NCBI GenBank assembly: GCA_964648855.1
Contig: CAZYLT010000004.1
Span: 199,532-231,531, forward strand
DNA from: an uncultured archaeon
GTDB lineage: Archaea; Asgardarchaeota; Thorarchaeia; Thorarchaeales; Thorarchaeaceae
DNA length: 32,000 bases
Reading direction: 5' to 3'
The translations under genes were made by a program, and so were the position numbers. The notes under the pieces were generated by a model. It was given only the letters and a program-made list of their open reading frames with translations, did no database searches and was not told the DNA's origin. Position 1 is the first letter of the stretch; every line of letters starts with the position of its first letter. Shown piece after piece: positions 24,574-32,000 of this stretch.

Positions 24574-26463
24574 CTACAGTTTGAGAGTGAAGACATATTC
24601 TTCATCAGCCATAGACAACTTGCTCTCAACCACTTTTCCAGTTTTATGCAGAAATCGGATCATGGGTTGATTTCGAGGATGAACATATGCGATGAATGCG
24701 TCTACGCCTTTACTTTTTGCAATGCGCATGAGATGGTTGAGCAAGAATGTACCAACGCCCTTGTCTTGATACTCATCCTGAATGACTATAGCAAACTCTG
24801 CTTGGTTTGTGCTTCGATTAAGCAGATAGCGTCCAGCACCAATTATCTTCTCTGTTTCTTCCTCTCTATCAGGACGAATAACTGCAACAATGGACACATC
24901 ACGGTCTTGGTCTACGTCATAAAAGTCCTGCAATGTTTGTCTGCGAAGGCTTCTAAGTGGAGTTAGGAACCGGAAGAATATGGACTCCTCCGACAAGTCA
25001 TAAAAGAGTTCCTTGATTCTGTCAGAGTCATCAGGTCTGATAAGTCTGAAGCGGACATTAATCTCCCCTCCATCGGGCCCCTGGAAGGTTTCCTGAGTTT
25101 CATATTCTGAAGCAAAATAGGTTCCAGTTGCCTTGAAGGGCACCTGGTCTTCGAAAACATATCTCATCTTCTTTGCTGCCTCCAGAAGTTCGTTTCTAAA
25201 ATCGGGATGGGCAATAGCTATGAGTGAGAGTACTCTCTCTCGAATCGTTTTGCCATGTAATGTTGCCAAGCCATACTCTGTGATTACAACGTCAACGTCT
25301 CCACGAGTTGTTACAACTCCCGCCCCCTCACTCAACCTAGGCACTATTCTGGAAACTTCTCCATCCATTGCAGTTGAACGCATACAGATGATGGCTTTTC
25401 CGTTTGTAGATCTCTCCGCACCTCGAATGAAGTCCACTTGACCTCCGATTCCGCTGTAGAACTTATGCCCAATTGAGTCTGCACATACTTGACCAGTGAG
25501 GTCAATTTCCAAAGCCGAGTTGATTGCTATCATCTTCCTATTCTGACCAATTATATATGGGTCGTTAACGTACGCCGTGTCTCGGAACTCAAACATGGGA
25601 TTATCGTGGATATACTCGTATAGCTTTTTTGATCCCATTGCGAAACTTGCAATCACTTTGTCCTTGTTGATGCTCTTTTTTCGATTAGTGACAATTCCCT
25701 CCTGTATTAGCGGAATCAGACTATCACTGAACATTTCCGTGTGGATGCCCAAGTCTTGAACACCAGTTTCTTGTAGACTATCACAGACCGCCTGTGGGAG
25801 GGCACCGATTCCTAGTTCGAGTGTAGATTCGTTTTCAATTAATCGTGCCACATAAGCTCCAATTTGGTCAATAGTTTTCCCACCGGGCTCTCCCTCAAAT
25901 TCCCGTAGAGGCTCGTCATATGGGACCAAATAGTCCAAATCTCTAAGATTAAAGAAAGAATCTCCATGAGTTATGGGCATCCGTTCATTCACTTGTGCAA
26001 TAACTAAATCCGCGCTCTCAGCTGCCGATTTTGTTATATCAACTGATATGCCTAGAGAACAATATCCGTGTTCGTCAGGCGGACTTACTTGAATGAGAGC
26101 TACATCAAGCGGCATTCTTTTCGATCGGAACAGAGTTGGAATTTCAGAAAGCATCATTGGCGTATAATCAGCTCTCCCTTCAGCCACAGCCTCCCTTATA
26201 TTCTCAAATACAAAAAATGTATTGTGTCTATATTGGGCCTGAAATTCAGGGTCTGCGGATGGAGTATCTCCCAAGGTTAGAAGATGTACAATCTCATTGT
26301 CAGACATGTTCTCTGCATTCTTTGCCAGCTCTTGTACCAAATGATAGGGTACGCCACAACCTGTACCAAGAAAGATTCTGGTTCCGCGTCTGATCTTCTT
26401 GATAGCTGCAGATGCATTCAAGACCTTTTTCTTGTATTTTTGTGTCCAATCTTCAGGGGCCAT
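24574..26463 (-). CDS. Acetyl-CoA hydrolase/family I CoA-transferase fused to a C-terminal Pat-type GNAT acetyltransferase
   Basis: SPPDEHGYCSLG.SVD, LGIG.LP, catalytic HTEMFSD, GIGGQVDFIRGA and TEYG.A.L.GK motifs; then RLIRPDD..LSEESIFFRF...AEFAIVIQDEYQDKGVG (acetyl-CoA binding). ATG 26463 has SD AGGTGAGG. Confidence 0.92.
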   Translation of the reverse strand: MAPEDWTQKYKKKVLNASAAIKKIRRGTRIFLGTGCGVPYHLVQELAKNAENMSDNEIVHLLTLGDTPSADPEFQAQYRHNTFFVFENIREAVAEGRADYTPMMLSEIPTLFRSKRMPLDVALIQVSPPDEHGYCSLGISVDITKSAAESADLVIAQVNERMPITHGDSFFNLRDLDYLVPYDEPLREFEGEPGGKTIDQIGAYVARLIENESTLELGIGALPQAVCDSLQETGVQDLGIHTEMFSDSLIPLIQEGIVTNRKKSINKDKVIASFAMGSKKLYEYIHDNPMFEFRDTAYVNDPYIIGQNRKMIAINSALEIDLTGQVCADSIGHKFYSGIGGQVDFIRGAERSTNGKAIICMRSTAMDGEVSRIVPRLSEGAGVVTTRGDVDVVITEYGLATLHGKTIRERVLSLIAIAHPDFRNELLEAAKKMRYVFEDQVPFKATGTYFASEYETQETFQGPDGGEINVRFRLIRPDDSDRIKELFYDLSEESIFFRFLTPLRSLRRQTLQDFYDVDQDRDVSIVAVIRPDREEETEKIIGAGRYLLNRSTNQAEFAIVIQDEYQDKGVGTFLLNHLMRIAKSKGVDAFIAYVHPRNQPMIRFLHKTGKVVESKLSMADEEYVFTLKL

Positions 26464-26639
26464 AACTGTCCTCACCTAAGCGCCGTCTTACATCAATTAC
26501 CTACTCCCTATATCTATTTCCAAATGCATGTGAACTTGAATGCCATGATTGTCATTTTGTGACGCTTGTCGGAAGGCTTAAAGTACCGTTTCAATCGCTG
26601 ACCAGTTAACACAAGACAAACTATTTGGTGTGAAAAAAA

Positions 26640-27920
26640 ATGTCTGAATCTGTGGGAAATCGTTACTTAGTCATGCTCGGGGCTATAATAGTCCAGCTAT
26701 GTCTAGGCACTATTTATGCATGGTCTGAATTTCAGAACACGCTGACCTTGGTGAGTTCTGAAGGCGGCCTCTATGGATGGGCTGCACTCAGCACTCAGTG
26801 GCCATTTGCTGCCGGTCTTGCATCCTTTGCCATATTCATGGTGATAGCAGGCCGTTGGCAGGATAATATTGGACCGCGAAAAGTAGCCACGTTTGGTGGC
26901 ATTCTTTTAGGTGCTGGATATATTCTGGCTTCATTCATTGATACCTTGGCACTCAACGAAATGATGGGAACACTATACTTGATCGTCACCTACGGTATAA
27001 TTGGTGGTGCTGGCATTGGTTTTGCGTATGTTTGTCCCATAGCCGCTCTAGTCAAGTGGTTTCCGGATAAGAAGGGAAGCGTTTCAGGGATTGCTGTAGC
27101 TGGCTTCGGCGGTGGTGCCCTAATATTCCTCTATGTTGAACAGTATTTGATTGAAATGGCTAGCGGTCGTATTGGTCAACCCTTCCTTATTCTCGGTGTC
27201 GTCTATCTAATCGGTGTTGTATTAGGAGCTCAAATCCTTGTTGAACCTCCCAAGGGGTGGACCCCAGAGGGATATACTCCTCCTGAAACAACTGCTGATG
27301 GGTCTGGCAGTGGAATGCTTCCTGGCGAAATGATTCGCACTGGCACATTCTGGTTGCTCTGGCTTGCCTTTATTTTCGCTGCAACAGCAGGCCTTATGAC
27401 TCTCGGCAACGTGAAGAGTGCAGCTGCAGAGGTTGATCCGCTTGTCGTACCCCTCGGTCTTGGTGCTGCCATTGGAGGCATCATGTCGATATTCAATGCT
27501 GCAGGCAGAATCTTTTGGGGTTCAGTATCTGATAAATTGGGCCGAGTTATGACCATGATGCTCATGTTCATTGTGCTTGCGGTTGCGATGTTCACTTTTG
27601 GATACATGGTGACGCTACCCGCTGAAGAAGGAATGTGGATATCAATCACTGGAATTGCGTCTGTCATTGGCTTTTGCTTTGGCGGTAATTTTGCCTTATT
27701 CCCGTCCGCAACAGCTGATAACTTTGGCTCTGAGAATGTAGGCAAGAACTACGGAGTAATGTTCACCGCCTACGGCATTGCAGGCATAGTAGGTGCATTG
27801 GTTGCAGGGTCCTTTGTTGACTTCACGGGAAGTTACTTCCTAGCTTTTGTAACCACTGGTATCCTTGGTATCCTGGCTGTTATACTAACCATCATCTTGA
27901 AGATGAAGGGTAATAACTAG
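26640..27920 (+). CDS. MFS transporter, OFA (oxalate/formate, monocarboxylate) family
   Basis: LG.IYAWS, GRWQD.IGPR, KWFPDKKG..SGIAVAGFGGGA, GRIFWGSVSDKLGR and FG...GKNYG..FTAYG motifs. Confidence 0.9.
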   Translation: MSESVGNRYLVMLGAIIVQLCLGTIYAWSEFQNTLTLVSSEGGLYGWAALSTQWPFAAGLASFAIFMVIAGRWQDNIGPRKVATFGGILLGAGYILASFIDTLALNEMMGTLYLIVTYGIIGGAGIGFAYVCPIAALVKWFPDKKGSVSGIAVAGFGGGALIFLYVEQYLIEMASGRIGQPFLILGVVYLIGVVLGAQILVEPPKGWTPEGYTPPETTADGSGSGMLPGEMIRTGTFWLLWLAFIFAATAGLMTLGNVKSAAAEVDPLVVPLGLGAAIGGIMSIFNAAGRIFWGSVSDKLGRVMTMMLMFIVLAVAMFTFGYMVTLPAEEGMWISITGIASVIGFCFGGNFALFPSATADNFGSENVGKNYGVMFTAYGIAGIVGALVAGSFVDFTGSYFLAFVTTGILGILAVILTIILKMKGNN

Positions 27921-27934
27921 TGAACTGAATTCAC

Positions 27935-27972
27935 GGGAAGAAATCATCTTTCTTCCCTTCTCTCCTTTTTTT
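27935..27972 (+). terminator. Hairpin plus U-tract after the OFA transporter
   Basis: GGGAAGAAA-tcatc-TTTCTTCCC followed by a pyrimidine run ending in T7. Confidence 0.65.
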
Positions 27973-28120
27973 CTTAAATCTTGCACTGATTCGAAACACG
28001 AATAGGCCTAACCCTCTGCAAGAGGCCATATCTTTTCTATGAAATGTGGTGTTGGACAAGCTTTTTATCTCGGAATTTTGCGCGGCTACAAAAAGCATCG
28101 ACGCTTCTTGGTGACCAAGA

Positions 28121-30106
28121 ATGTCAGAAGATAAAATTACAGTAGTTTCAGGAGAAGAACGTCTGTTTCAACCTCCTAAGAGCTTTGTCAAAAAGGCTTA
28201 CATCAAAAGCCATGAAGAACGAATGAAGCTCTGGAAGGAGTCTATTGAGAAACCTGACGAATTCTGGCTGAAAATCGCAAAAGAATTATGTTATTGGAAA
28301 AAAGAACCTACTAAGGGCTTTGAATGGAAGGACCCCGAGAGCGCCCGTTTCACCTGGTTTGAAGATGGGGTCACCAACATGGCCTACAACTGTCTAGACA
28401 AACATGTCGAGGCAGGCAAAGGCGATCAGGTGGCACTTATTTGGCAGGGCGAACCCTTGGAAGAGGCACGAACATACACGTACCAACAGCTTCTATCTGA
28501 AGTCAGTAAGGCAGCAAATGTGCTGAAGAATCTTGGTATAGAAAAGGGTGACAGAGTCACATTCTATCTCCCAATGATTCCTGAATTAGCAATTCTCATG
28601 CTGGCTTGTGTACGCATTGGGGCGGTTCACAGTATAGTTTTCGGTGGATTCAGCTCTGATTCAGTTAGGGATAGAATCCTTGATTGTGAAGGTACAATCC
28701 TCATCACTGCAGACGGCTATTACCGCAGTGGCAAAACTATCCAACAGAAGGCGGGTGCTGATGACGCAGTAGAAGGTCTTGACCTAATTGAGAAAGTACT
28801 CGTCGTCAAGCGCCTCGGTCTGGACATCCCTTGGGATGACGATCGAGATGTCTGGTATCATGAAGAGATGAAAAAGGTTGACGACGAATGTGAACCGGAA
28901 TGGATGAACGCTGAAGATCCCCTGTTTATCCTATATACTTCAGGTTCAACTGGCAAGCCAAAAGGTGTTCTTCACACAGTGGGCGGATATATGGTATACA
29001 CAACCCACACTTTCCTGAACATCTTTGATTGGCATCCTGGTGATGTCTACTGGTGTACAGCTGACATTGGCTGGATTACTGGACACTCATACATCACCTA
29101 TGGCCCACTTTCTGCTGGAGCGACAACCATGATGTTTGAGGGCGTACCAACCTATCCTGATGTAGACCGATTTTGGTTAGAGGTTGAACGCTGGAAGGTC
29201 AATCAGTTCTACACGGCACCCACTGCCATTCGAGCTTTAATGCGATATGGCGAGGAACCCGTGGAGAAACACGATCTTTCTAGCTTGAACTTATTGGGTA
29301 CAGTTGGGGAACCAATTAACCCCGCCGCTTGGACATGGTATCATGAGATTGTTGGCAAGGAAAATTGTCCTATTGTTGATACTTATTGGCAGACCGAAAC
29401 TGGCGGTGTAGTTATCACTCCATTGCCCGGTGCAGATGCCACCATTCCTGGCAGTGCCACCTTCCCATACTTCGGCATCGATCCAATAATTGTGGATGCT
29501 GAGGGTGAAGAGCTTGGTGCTGATGAGGGCGGTTATCTCTGTATCAAAAAACCATGGCCTGGTCTCATGAGATCCGTCTATGGTGACCATGAGCGGTTTG
29601 TCAATACTTACTGGGCTCAATACAAGAATCCTGAAACTGGTCATCCAATGTATATGACTGGTGATGGTGCCAGATTCAACGAAGATGGTTACTTTTTCAT
29701 CATGGGACGTATCGATGATGTACTTAAGGTATCAGGCCACAGGCTCGGTACGGCTGAAATCGAATCCGCCCTAGTTAAGCATCCAAAGGTATCAGAGACC
29801 GCTGTCGTTGGAATGCCGCATGACATTAAGGGTGAGGCCATTTATTGCTTTGTTACCCTGAAGTCTGGTATAGAAGGCGATGAGGCTCTCGTCCAAGAGC
29901 TGAAGAAGCATGTACGCAGTGAGATAGGTCCCATCGCGACTCCGGAGAAAATCCAGTTTGCAGATTCCCTCCCCAAGACCCGGTCCGGCAAAATCATGAG
30001 GAGAATCCTCAAGAAGATTGCAGCGGGTCAGATTGAAGATTTGGGCGATACAACCACCTTGGCTGATCCAACAGTTGTTGAAACTCTCATCAAAGAGCGC
30101 AAGTAG
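28121..30106 (+). CDS. acs: AMP-forming acetyl-CoA synthetase
   Basis: YTSGSTGKPKG, WCTADIGWITGHSY, VGEPINP, DTYWQTETGG, GRIDDV.KVSGHR and PKTRSGKIMRR motifs. Confidence 0.97.
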   Translation: MSEDKITVVSGEERLFQPPKSFVKKAYIKSHEERMKLWKESIEKPDEFWLKIAKELCYWKKEPTKGFEWKDPESARFTWFEDGVTNMAYNCLDKHVEAGKGDQVALIWQGEPLEEARTYTYQQLLSEVSKAANVLKNLGIEKGDRVTFYLPMIPELAILMLACVRIGAVHSIVFGGFSSDSVRDRILDCEGTILITADGYYRSGKTIQQKAGADDAVEGLDLIEKVLVVKRLGLDIPWDDDRDVWYHEEMKKVDDECEPEWMNAEDPLFILYTSGSTGKPKGVLHTVGGYMVYTTHTFLNIFDWHPGDVYWCTADIGWITGHSYITYGPLSAGATTMMFEGVPTYPDVDRFWLEVERWKVNQFYTAPTAIRALMRYGEEPVEKHDLSSLNLLGTVGEPINPAAWTWYHEIVGKENCPIVDTYWQTETGGVVITPLPGADATIPGSATFPYFGIDPIIVDAEGEELGADEGGYLCIKKPWPGLMRSVYGDHERFVNTYWAQYKNPETGHPMYMTGDGARFNEDGYFFIMGRIDDVLKVSGHRLGTAEIESALVKHPKVSETAVVGMPHDIKGEAIYCFVTLKSGIEGDEALVQELKKHVRSEIGPIATPEKIQFADSLPKTRSGKIMRRILKKIAAGQIEDLGDTTTLADPTVVETLIKERK

Positions 30107-30120
30107 AATAGATAGCATAG

Positions 30121-30157
30121 GGGCGGTCCATTCCGCCCTCATCTTTCTTTATTTTTT
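30121..30157 (+). terminator. Hairpin plus U-tract after acs
   Basis: GGGCGG-tccatt-CCGCCC followed by TCATCTTTCTTTATTTTTT. Confidence 0.65.
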
Positions 30158-30340
30158 CATTTCGAACCTCTATAAACAGTCAAGACAGTCTTATTTCAGG
30201 CGCGAGGTACCAATCTAGATGCCAAACAATAGCTGGTGCCTATAGCGAGATGACGGGGTCACGTCAAATATACAAATATCACATAAATTCACTTATAACT
30301 GGGCATTGTCAATAGTTAATTAGCATGGAGAATACGCAAT

Positions 30341-30889
30341 ATGAATAAGAAAGCAGTCGCTGTAATCGTTATAATAGTCGGTGCTATCGCACTTGCCCCA
30401 GTTGCGATGTACGGATTGGAAGTACAGGTTGCCGATGTCAGTATGACTCTAGGCATTAGCAGTGTATTAGGTTCTTCAAGATTCAATCCGGCACAGGTTC
30501 CGAGTTTCGATATTGGGCTTCCACAGGTACAGATTGAAGTCAGTTCTCAGAGTTCCTACGAATATGCACTATCACGTGTCACAGGCAGAACCGAAACAAG
30601 CGAATCGGACTCAAATACTCCTGCGAATGTTCAGATAACTATAGAATTTACACTGACTACGCCATCCAATCAAACTATAACCTTTACTCTGAATCCCGGA
30701 CAGATGCAAGGAACTGGAGAAAAACAGGTGAATACTATTTTGGGTCCAGACGAAGGCATTTCTATGACGGGCGAGTTTCATTTGACTATAGTCATCTCGA
30801 TTCAGGTAACACCCCCGACATTTGATACTCCCGTGGTTGACTTAGAGCTCACCCCCGTCAATCGCACTTTCACCATTCCGAGCAGCTGA
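30341..30889 (+). CDS. Hypothetical exported or membrane-anchored protein
   Basis: MNKK plus a hydrophobic N-terminal helix; Ser/Thr-rich beta-strand-patterned body; SD GGAG; downstream hairpin at 30909-30929. Confidence 0.75.
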   Translation: MNKKAVAVIVIIVGAIALAPVAMYGLEVQVADVSMTLGISSVLGSSRFNPAQVPSFDIGLPQVQIEVSSQSSYEYALSRVTGRTETSESDSNTPANVQITIEFTLTTPSNQTITFTLNPGQMQGTGEKQVNTILGPDEGISMTGEFHLTIVISIQVTPPTFDTPVVDLELTPVNRTFTIPSS

Positions 30890-30908
30890 ATTCATTAAGG
30901 CCATCTTG

Positions 30909-30939
30909 CGGAGAGCCCTAGGCTCTCCGTTCATCTTTC
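30909..30939 (+). terminator. Hairpin after the hypothetical exported protein
   Basis: CGGAGAGCC-cta-GGCTCTCCG (9-bp stem) followed by TTCATCTTTC. Confidence 0.55.
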
Positions 30940-31222
30940 ATGGGCTTCTCCTCGAATTATAATGCCACATAGATAGTTGGTCTGTTATCTGGCTTGCCAA
31001 GTGTTTCAACAGATTAGAACATCCACGATTTTTCTTTTACCTAATTTTTTAGAAATGTGGCTATCAGCTCTACAGGAGAGAATAACAGTGAATGCTTCGA
31101 TGGAATCTGGTCAAGATTCAAAAAGAGAAAGCTTCAGAATCTCTCAAGTCAAGGAAGACAAGTTTAGCAGCGCATATGCTAATTGAGTTTGATTAGATAG
31201 TGAATGGAGAAGTGTATGAGAA

Positions 31223-32000
31223 ATGACAGATGAGCCTCTCAAAACCGTCTGTGCGGGCCTCGGATTTGTGGGATGGCAAGCGCACGTCCCATCCTTTAGA
31301 AAAGTTGACAACTCTAAGCTTTTGGGGGTTGTTGCGAGAAAAGGACGGGAAAGCGAGAAGAAAGCAACCAAGCTGAAAGAGAAGTATGGAACCAAAATAT
31401 ACTATGATTGGAGTAGAGTATGCAGCAATCCTGAGATTGATGCGGTATGTGTTGCAACTCCAACACCCTTCCATTATCCCATGGCAAAGGAAGCACTTGA
31501 GGGGGGCAAGAATGTCTACTTGGAAATGCCAATTGCACCTGAACTCAACGCTGCAGAGAAATTAGGGAAGTTGGCTAAGAAGAAAGGTTTGATTCTCATG
31601 CCCGTTCTGAATTTCAGGAGATGCCCAGGTTATGTGAAGGCAAAAGAAATTCTTGAAACCGGTGCCATTGGCGACCCAATCGCAATCACCTTTAGAGAAT
31701 TTATAGCAGCTGAGGAATTATCTGAACAATGGCCGTCATCTTCTTGGGCATGGGATAAGGATCGAAGTGGAGGGTATCCAGACTATACATTGTCATTATG
31801 GTCTCTAGATATGTTCAGGTGGTTCTTTGACACCGAGATTGAGAATGCGTGTTGGGCTGCCAACTACGTACCAATCGAAGGTATTGATAATTTCAAGGGA
31901 TATCAGACTGTGGGTATTATCAGATTCAAGAACCGTGTTGTAGGGAATCTGATCTATGGGTCCACTGTTGCAAAAGGTCAAGACACGAGCCAGTTCGAAA
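31223..32000 (+). CDS. Gfo/Idh/MocA-family oxidoreductase-like protein, partial (runs off right edge)
   Basis: Manual translation: MTDEPLKTVCAGLGFVG (Rossmann), IDAVCVATPTPFH, GKNVYLEMP, NFRRCP; open to the window end. Confidence 0.88.
   Translation, partial: MTDEPLKTVCAGLGFVGWQAHVPSFRKVDNSKLLGVVARKGRESEKKATKLKEKYGTKIYYDWSRVCSNPEIDAVCVATPTPFHYPMAKEALEGGKNVYLEMPIAPELNAAEKLGKLAKKKGLILMPVLNFRRCPGYVKAKEILETGAIGDPIAITFREFIAAEELSEQWPSSSWAWDKDRSGGYPDYTLSLWSLDMFRWFFDTEIENACWAANYVPIEGIDNFKGYQTVGIIRFKNRVVGNLIYGSTVAKGQDTSQFE

Noticed and set aside
26551-26563. GTCA-n5-TGAC palindrome in the divergent CoA-transferase/OFA promoter
   Set aside because: The arms are only 4 bp, which is expected by chance, and I saw no matching copy upstream of acs.
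30977-31199. Possible small ORF(s) upstream of the Gfo/Idh/MocA gene
   Set aside because: Two competing short plus-strand frames follow a GGAG, but neither has motif, repeat or codon evidence, so neither can be supported.

Overview
This is a 32-kb archaeal chromosomal window, mostly housekeeping genes. The gene mix (cdrS-ftsZ2-like pair, TFE-beta, SmAP3-type Lsm, HGG-ending Urm1-like protein, Mch, eukaryote-leaning SRP19/RlmE motifs) suggests an Asgard, possibly Thorarchaeia-like, archaeon; this is an inference, not a tested assignment. It contains rpl3-rpl4-rpl23-rpl2, an RHH regulator plus ftsZ, Lsm, 2-oxoacid:ferredoxin oxidoreductase beta/gamma, a Urm1-like protein, an MFS gene with a truncated paralog, mch, three tRNAs (Thr-GGT, Pro-TGG, intron-containing Ile-GAT), a GH31 glucosidase, an HTH regulator, pyrB, dCMP deaminase, srp19-gar1-TFE-beta, rlmE-trm1, cyclophilin, a membrane pyrophosphatase, a TIM-barrel protein, thioredoxin, a CoA-transferase-GNAT fusion divergent from an OFA transporter and acs, and a partial Gfo/Idh/MocA gene. 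Three observations stand out. (1) An unannotated 40-aa ORF (5674-5796, minus) encodes two identical IGPGDFPPDSEQEPW units whose 9 nucleotide differences are all synonymous; it is followed by a terminator and lies directly upstream of the Sm-protein gene. (2) A candidate acetate-control module pairs a CoA-transferase/Pat-type GNAT fusion with an Acs that keeps its acetylatable lysine. (3) A 131-bp MITE-like element with 14-bp inverted repeats and a 9-bp target duplication abuts the pyrophosphatase promoter. All calls were made by eye, with no database searches.
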